A DNA stretch of 42,170 nt, taken from a virus (taxonomy: Duplodnaviria; Caudoviricetes). Position 1 is the stretch's first letter. Every line of letters begins with the position of its first letter. The stretch covers positions 1-42,170 of the IMG/VR virus record IMGVR_UViG_3300033420_000012, one strand, 5' to 3'. The translations under genes and the position numbers were made by a program. Below the pieces are notes generated by a model. The model did not search any database. It worked only from the letters and a program-made list of their open reading frames with translations, and had not been told where the DNA came from. This document shows positions 36,780 through 42,170 of this stretch, one piece after another.

Positions 36780-37772
36780 TTAAATCAATCTTCATGTTGT
36801 CCCATTGTTCTTTGCTTTCGCCAATGGATATATAGATGATCCCTTTGTCTCTTCGATTTCTCTCATAAAGTCTTGTATGTCTTTTATGTCTGATATTTTT
36901 CTGTTGATATCTCTGACCTTGTTTTCGATTGCTCTATCTTTTGCCCTGTCTTTCCTGTCTTGCCGTCTTTTCATTTCTTCCTCGTTGACTTCAATTTGTT
37001 CACTCATTATCTCGATCATATTTCTGCCGTCATATTCTAGCTCTGCAAGTTCTTGTCGTTTGTCGTTTTGTACCAAAATTAATCTTCTGCCAAGTTCCGC
37101 TTTTTCTTCTTCAAATTCCTTGATTGCAAGTTTCCCTTTTCTTCGTGCTTCTCTTGTTTTATTTTTTAGGTATTCCAAAGCTCCACCTTGTCAGAAGTCG
37201 ATCTTGATTTTTGCGTTTTCCATTCTTTCCATTTCGTATCGTGTGGCTTTTTGTCCTCCGTATTGCATCAACAAAAAAGCCTCCATTTCTCGTTTTTCTT
37301 TTTGTTCGTTTGGGCGGGTTCCGCAACCTTCGGTAATAATAAACTCTTTGTTATGATAGCCAAGTTTTACTTGTCGTGTTTTGTACATCTCGATTTCGTG
37401 ATCGTGTGCTCTTGCTTCTTTTTCGACTGTTTCGATAAAGTCACAAGTTCCATATAGTCGGAGTGTGCAAGACCCGCAATATCAAGACTTTTTTTGACTG
37501 TCTCTCTCTCGTTGTGACATTGATGTCTCCGCTCTTGTATAGCAATTTTCACCGTGTGTTACTTCTTGCCTAAGTTTGAGATTTCCAAGATTTATTTGCT
37601 CGGTGTCTATTCCTTTGATGTCGTAACGTCCAAAATTCTTTTGTCCGCCTCCGTTGAAATTGATCAGATGGACGAACCGCCTTTTTTCTGCGATGATTTT
37701 CTCGCCGTCTCTTTCTTGAATGATCAGGTCGTGTCCGTTGCCTGTGAGTGTTGCTGTTTTGATTGATGCCAT
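36780..37772 (-). CDS. Hypothetical protein with CxxC and C-terminal coiled coil (330 aa)
   Basis: Track ORFs 37482-37772, 37191-37388 and 36792-37178 form one frame joined by TGA. Confidence 0.75.
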
Positions 37773-37806
37773 GTGAAAAAAAAAGTGAAAAGAAATAAAA
37801 AGGTTT

Positions 37807-37974
37807 TTAGTTTATAGGTGCAAGCTCTGTTTCTCGAAATATGTGCCCACTTATTCGATACGCTGGCTTATTGTCTTTGTCTTTTATTATGCCTTCGATT
37901 TTTCCTTGGTTGTTCCGCTTTTGTAGACATTTGATTTTTACTATTTGTCATATTTTGAATTTTGCTTGTGTCAT
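37807..37974 (-). CDS. Small SH3/KOW-like protein (55 aa)
   Basis: KFKIGQIVKI..G.I.GI pattern; conserved leader. Confidence 0.6.
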
Positions 37975-38001
37975 AGGAAAAGTAGGGGGAAAAAATAAAG
38001 G

Positions 38002-38313
38002 TTAGTCTCCGACGTACTGTGCAAGGTTTTCTCTTACCATGATAAGATGACCATGGTTCTCTTTTGCTATTCTTGCCTCTTCGATGTTAGCTGTCACCTG
38101 TGAGCTTTTGGACAAGATCCGCATTTCGCCCTCGATGTAGTATTTGCCGTTTTTGGTGTCCCAAAGTCGACCCCATCCATCATAAAGCTGGATTGGTTCG
38201 AGAAAAAGCCGTTGTTCTGCCCCTGATTTTGGGTTTTGGCTTTTTATATAAAATAATCCGTTGTTTTGTGCTTTTCTTAATTCTTCTTTGGTGCAAGTGA
38301 TTGTGCCTTTCAT
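38002..38313 (-). CDS. Hypothetical protein (103 aa)
   Basis: Track ORF with leader; TAA stop. Confidence 0.7.
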   Translation of the reverse strand: MKGTITCTKEELRKAQNNGLFYIKSQNPKSGAEQRLFLEPIQLYDGWGRLWDTKNGKYYIEGEMRILSKSSQVTANIEEARIAKENHGHLIMVRENLAQYVGD

Positions 38314-38342
38314 GTGAGAAAATTGGTTAAAAAATAAATTTG

Positions 38343-38684
38343 TTATATTGTTGATATTTCTAGTTTTTCTGCAAATTCGTTTAATTCTATTAGTTGATCT
38401 GCAAGTTCTTCATGTGATGTCCGGTTTAATTGGTAGCCTGTCGCAAATTGTGCAAACACGTTGCGTCATAATATTCTCTTGTGTATGTAAAATTTTAAAT
38501 CTTCGGGATCTTCGTTTCATGTGTCTCTGTCGCAATAATACTTTAATGGTAGCATATCTTGTTTATCATTATTAAACATAAAATCTATACTTTCTATCCG
38601 TCTATACGCTTTTTCTCCTTTGTTGCTTTTTATTACTTCGTGAAATACGAGTGTTTTGATTATGTTTTGCTTTTGTGTTGTCAT
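38343..38684 (-). CDS. Hypothetical protein (113 aa)
   Basis: Conserved leader TTTATTTTTTCCCCCACTTTTCC; open with two TGA. Confidence 0.65.
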
Positions 38685-38712
38685 TGGAAAAGTGGGGGGA
38701 AAAAATAAAAAG

Positions 38713-38826
38713 TTATATCATCTTCTGTAATCTGTATCTATACTCCTTTATGTCTGATCTGCGTTTGTCTTCTCTCAATATGAGGAATGCCAACACTGGC
38801 ACCCCCAACAATAGAATCATAAACAT
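38713..38826 (-). CDS. Small membrane peptide (37 aa)
   Basis: Hydrophobic N-terminus; coupled TAATG with the upstream gene. Confidence 0.5.
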   Translation of the reverse strand: MFMILLLGVPVLAFLILREDKRRSDIKEYRYRLQKMI

Positions 38827-39260
38827 TATATAGTGTGGTTAGGAGATAAAAGGGTCATTTCTTCCGTCTGGTATTGTGCAAAGAATGCCTTGAAAGTGAA
38901 ATTGAAAGGCTTGTCTTCATCTTTCCCAAACATTGGTATTGCTAGGTAGCAACCTTTTGATCCTTTCTTTATTTTCCTTCCTTGGTTTCTCCATTGGTTG
39001 CTGGTGCCGTAGGTGCTGGCTGTGTATCATACGCCGTTCTCGTCTCTTTGCTCTATGAGTGTTTTTATGTTGTTTATGGAAAAGTCTTTGCCTCATACCT
39101 CGGAAATCTTAAAAAATCCCCCTGCAAGTATGCCCTGTAACATTGCCAGATTGTCCCCATCTAGCTCGGCAAGCTTTGTTTTTGCTGATCTTTCGGCGAT
39201 GATCCTGTTTTCTGTTTTCTCAAATACTTTCTTTTCTTCTTTTTTTTGTGCGTAAATCAT
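38826..39260 (-). CDS. ArdC-like ssDNA-binding domain protein (144 aa)
   Basis: FS..N...L..Q and YGTSNQWRNQGRKIRKGSKG motifs. Confidence 0.75.
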
Positions 39261-39343
39261 GATAGAAAAAGTGTTAATAAATAAAGAGTGGCATGGTCTC
39301 GTCAGAACGAACCCCCTGCGGGGTGCTGGTCTAGGTGTAAAGT

Positions 39344-39439
39344 CTAATCTGATGTGTAAAGGTCGATCATGTCTGGGTCTCAATCTCTGAGATCATCGAC
39401 ACAAATCGCCTGTAGCTCTGTACGTAATAACTGCGACAT
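39344..39439 (-). CDS. Acidic peptide (31 aa), first ORF of the leftward operon
   Basis: Canonical pyrimidine leader, ATG, TAG stop. Confidence 0.45.
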
Positions 39440-39576
39440 GAAAAAGTGAAAGGAAAAAATAAAAGAAGCAAGCTGTCTGGATGGCGAGTGACTGGATGAC
39501 TAATGCACCCTATGGCGTGGGTCTCCCCCGAGTCGTCTAACTCGTCCGCCGTCTCTCTCTATCTGATGACCCCCAG

Positions 39577-39604
39577 ACTATAATCAAAAAAGTCTAAAAA
39601 TCAA
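39577..39604 (-). promoter_or_regulatory. Leftward early promoter
   Basis: TTGATT-N16-TATAGT on the - strand. Confidence 0.6.
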
Positions 39605-39624
39605 GGGAAAATGTCGAAAAAAGA

Positions 39625-39652
39625 TAGACAAAAGGTATCAATGTGATATAAT
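39625..39652 (+). promoter_or_regulatory. Rightward promoter
   Basis: TAGACA-N16-TATAAT. Confidence 0.5.
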
Positions 39653-39715
39653 ATGCAAACAATGAAACCGTAGGTCACAAGCCAAAAGAAAATGCAAAAA
39701 AAGTCCAATAATCCC

Positions 39716-39743
39716 TTGCAATCTCAAGAAAAATCAGTATATA
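39716..39743 (+). promoter_or_regulatory. Rightward promoter
   Basis: TTGCAA-N16-TATATA preceded by AAAAAAGTCCAA, as at 24.6 kb. Confidence 0.5.
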
Positions 39744-39787
39744 GATGATGAACAAAAAAACTCTCTATCTCCTAACCCTCTAACACC

Positions 39788-40042
39788 ATGTCACAATCTG
39801 AAACAATCAAAAACCTCCAAACACAAATCGAGCAAGTCAAGGGCTACCTCCCAAAGATCAACGCCGAACGTCGTCAGCTCCACATGTCAGTCAAAAACGG
39901 TACGACTGCCGATGAACTCCCAGTAAGATACTGGGAACTCACCAACATCAGAAAAAGAGGTGAGAGTATCATCGAAAGAAATACAAGACGAATCAAGGAA
40001 ATCATAAACAATAAAATGCAACCTATGGCACTCTGGGCGTAA
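39788..40042 (+). CDS. Helical hypothetical protein (84 aa)
   Basis: Track ORF downstream of promoters; TAA stop. Confidence 0.75.
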   Translation: MSQSETIKNLQTQIEQVKGYLPKINAERRQLHMSVKNGTTADELPVRYWELTNIRKRGESIIERNTRRIKEIINNKMQPMALWA

Positions 40043-40219
40043 TGGTCACGCTCCGCTCTGTCTCTCCTCGTCAGGCTGTCGGAATGGTAGCGACCAGCTA
40101 AAAACAAAAAAACGGGCGAATAGCCCGATGACCGCCTGTGCTGTGGTCTCTGTCTCTGACGGATGAGATATAAAAACGAGATAACAAATAAACTCACACC
40201 CCTAAACAGTTGTTAGAAT

Positions 40220-40355
40220 TACGGAATCCTGACCGCTGTCGTACCCCAAAACAATCTGAAAGTGGCTCGCCCCCCAACGTGATAGCTACGGAATCCTGAC
40301 CGCTGTCGTACGTTGAGACAATCTGAAAGTGGCTCGCCCCCCAACGTGATAGCTA
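40220..40355. repeat. Two 67-nt tandem units differing only in a 6-nt window
   Basis: TACGGAATCCTGACCGCTGTCGTAC-[CCCAAA/GTTGAG]-ACAATCTGAAAGTGGCTCGCCCCCCAACGTGATAGCTA. Confidence 0.95.
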
Positions 40356-40399
40356 AATTGGCTTTATACCTTGTTTTATTTCCTTACCTCTTATATTCT

Positions 40400-40441
40400 A
40401 TGGCAAAGAAAACAACCAAGAAAGGCTGAAAAAAATGCTAA
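40400..40441 (+). CDS. Basic micropeptide MAKKTTKKGGKKC (13 aa)
   Basis: Canonical pyrimidine leader, ATG GCA start, TAA stop. Confidence 0.45.
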
Positions 40442-40447
40442 TTGCTC

Positions 40448-40475
40448 TTGCAATTTGGGACTAAATCATTATAGT
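40448..40475 (+). promoter_or_regulatory. Promoter
   Basis: TTGCAA-N16-TATAGT. Confidence 0.6.
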
Positions 40476-40479
40476 CCTG

Positions 40480-40545
40480 TTGCGATCTGTTAGAGGGTTG
40501 CAAGCTGTTTTCCCTCCTCGTGCGTCTACATGGGAGGGTTTTCTT
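40480..40545 (+). ncRNA. Candidate ~65-nt small RNA
   Basis: Starts after the promoter; hairpin TTGCGATC/GGTTGCAA, then CCCTCC/GGAGGG hairpin plus T run. Confidence 0.4.
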
Positions 40546-40780
40546 ATTTTACGAGAAAATGTCTACGTTATGCCAAACTTGTATTTGATTCCGACATTGA
40601 TGTCCCCATGATAGGGAAAAGTGGGAGGAAAAAATAAACTGTATTCTCCCCAATGAGTGTAATGAGTGTCTTCGCCGTCTTCTGTTTTTTCTGCTATTTT
40701 GTTTTTTGTTTTTTTCTCGCCCGCACGGAGTGCGGGAGATCCCAGTCTGTGAGCCAGCTTTGAGGCTTGCCGAAAATGCC

Positions 40781-40808
40781 TTGATTTTATTGTAAAAGTT
40801 CGTATGAT
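40781..40808 (+). promoter_or_regulatory. Promoter upstream of terS
   Basis: TTGATT-N16-TATGAT. Confidence 0.6.
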
Positions 40809-40846
40809 AGATAAGGTGAGAATTTTATCCTTAAAAACCCCTTTTT

Positions 40847-41257
40847 ATGCCTATTTTAGAGAAGTCCCGAAGGGATGACCCTGTCAAATGTACGAGAGTG
40901 GAGAGCGTGCTCGCCCTCATCTCCAATGGGTATTGTGTAGGTGACGCCTTCATTAGAGCGAAGTTGCCGAAGACAACTATGAGGGGGCGAGTCGGTACGG
41001 AATATGAGGAATTGATTAAAGAGGCGGTTGCAAACCGAAGAATGCAGGTCAGCGACGTAGTTTCTGAGAAGATGAAAAAGGATTGATCCCTTGCTTTTAG
41101 AGTTCTCCAAAAGCTTGATAAGCGTTATTCCACCAAGAAAGAAGAGGCTCCCGAACAGAATCACCTAGTAAACATCTTTGTCAACTCTTATAGACAGACA
41201 ATGTGACTTGCTCCACTGCCAGAGGCAGGGATTATGGATTGAGATTTGGTGTCATAA
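40847..41257 (+). CDS. terS: Probable terminase small subunit (136 aa)
   Basis: HTH-like AF.RAKLPKTTMRGWV, then D..LAFRVLQKLD..Y; upstream of terL on the circle. Confidence 0.65.
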
Positions 41258-41345
41258 AAAGTCAAGCTTTGTATGGCGAAGCCAAAAAGGGAACTTTGCC
41301 CCAGCGTGCGGATGCACTCCTTTTTGGGCGGAGCCCACTTGACAA

Positions 41346-41372
41346 CCTCCCCAAAGGGAGGCTTTTTATTTC
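41346..41372 (+). terminator. Intrinsic terminator downstream of terS
   Basis: CCTCCC-CAAA-GGGAGG followed by CTTTTTATTT. Confidence 0.65.
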
Positions 41373-41374
41373 TT

Positions 41375-41936
41375 CCGAATTGGGCGAGCAACCGCATAGG
41401 ATAGCTAGAAAAAACGTGTCGATGCCCAGTATCTACACATTGTGGCACGATTTCCCATACGGCGTGCCCCCCGAAAGGCGAGGGGGGATACGACGCTCGT
41501 GCCTACGATGGATAGAAAACAGAAAATCCGCTGAAAAACATCTGCACGACGGTGCAGGTCATCATGAGATATCTCCTATCCATCCAAACTCATGGTCTGA
41601 CCTAAGGGGACGCTCGGAGGGATACCTTGCACAAGCCTCGTTGCCGACCCCTTGTGGGCTTGGGGGTGGTCGCCACCCCTTGGCAATGCGGACTTGTGCC
41701 AGAGAGAGGGAGTTTTGGCAGGTCTTGCCTTGTGTTCCTGCCAAAGGCGACCGAACGTGTAGACCTTCGATGCACTCGTCCCCTCCTGACTGTCCGAAAT
41801 GACGTGATTTAGGGTCTCGCTGGAGACTTCCGATGAAAAGTCAATGATGGCTTCTGACGATGCTTTGAGAAAAAATGCCCCGCGGGCGGAATGAATTGGG
41901 CTTTGCCTTCGCCCGCTTGACAATGCTTTGCATTGT
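41375..41936 (+). ncRNA. Candidate large structured RNA (~560 nt)
   Basis: GC-rich island with about 10 nested stems, a GAAA-capped hairpin and a possible pseudoknot; no ORF with the genome's leader. Confidence 0.5.
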
Positions 41937-42002
41937 TTCCTCGTATGTCTTTCTTCTTTTGGCTTCTCACCTTGCTTCCTTTTTTTTCCTCACCTCCCTC
42001 AC

Positions 42003-42170
42003 CTCGCATCCTCAGATGCACGCCTTTTTTTCCTTCCTCGGACTCACTCCTTCCTCGCATCCTCAGATGCACGCCTTTTTTTCCTTCCTCGGACTCACTC
42101 CTTCCTCGCATCCTCAGATGCACGCCTTTTTTTCCTTCCTCGGACTCACTCCTTCCTCGCATCCTCAGAT
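42003..42170. repeat. 51-bp tandem repeat, continuing into position 1
   Basis: Core at 42003, 42054, 42105, 42156. Confidence 0.95.

Noticed and set aside
37367-37552. Separate 61-aa - strand gene
   Set aside because: Lies in another frame inside the continuous 36780-37772 gene
40220-40355. 67-nt units as tRNAs or a TIGR array
   Set aside because: No cloverleaf or T-loop; unit length and single 6-nt variable window do not fit the 36-nt dual-spacer layout, and no Tas-like gene was recognised
41203-41802. 199-aa + strand ORF
   Set aside because: Overlaps terS, crosses a terminator, lacks the leader, and has composition explained by a GC-rich structured sequence
41809-42162. Repeat-encoded ORFs at both ends (also 42-269, 165-503)
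   Set aside because: Open only because the repeat lacks stops; no leader or protein-like features

Overview
This window looks like a complete, circularly assembled ~42 kb tailed-phage genome: both ends sit inside the same 51-bp tandem repeat. It does not use the standard genetic code. TGA reads as Gly, as shown by Walker A, ABC-signature, DnaB and collagen motifs. CGA/CGG read as Trp, as shown by YopX, replication-initiator, holin, capsid and tail-fibre motifs. That combination is the code reported for Absconditabacteria (SR1, CPR), so the likely host is an Absconditabacterium. The supplied standard-code ORF track is therefore badly fragmented; I re-called genes by hand with TAA/TAG as the only stops. 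Gene order on the + strand: terL, portal, small head genes, scaffold, N4-gp56-like capsid, adaptor, nozzle-like protein, fibres, collagen and LamG proteins, holins and M15 endolysin (1.7-24.6 kb). Next comes a replication/recombination module with SbcD, SbcC, SF2 helicase, initiator, DnaB, RusA and HNH (24.9-35.5 kb). A - strand block of small early genes includes YopX and an ArdC-like protein (35.5-39.4 kb). A control region holds promoters, micro-ORFs and a 67-nt duplication, followed by terS. Between terS and the terL operon, across the junction, lies ~2.6 kb of apparently non-coding, highly structured and repetitive DNA whose hairpins keep the same loop on different stems; this is a candidate large ncRNA or packaging/antitermination element. 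I recognised no integrase, DNA polymerase, tRNA or release-factor gene. All product calls come from motif recognition by eye, with no database searches.
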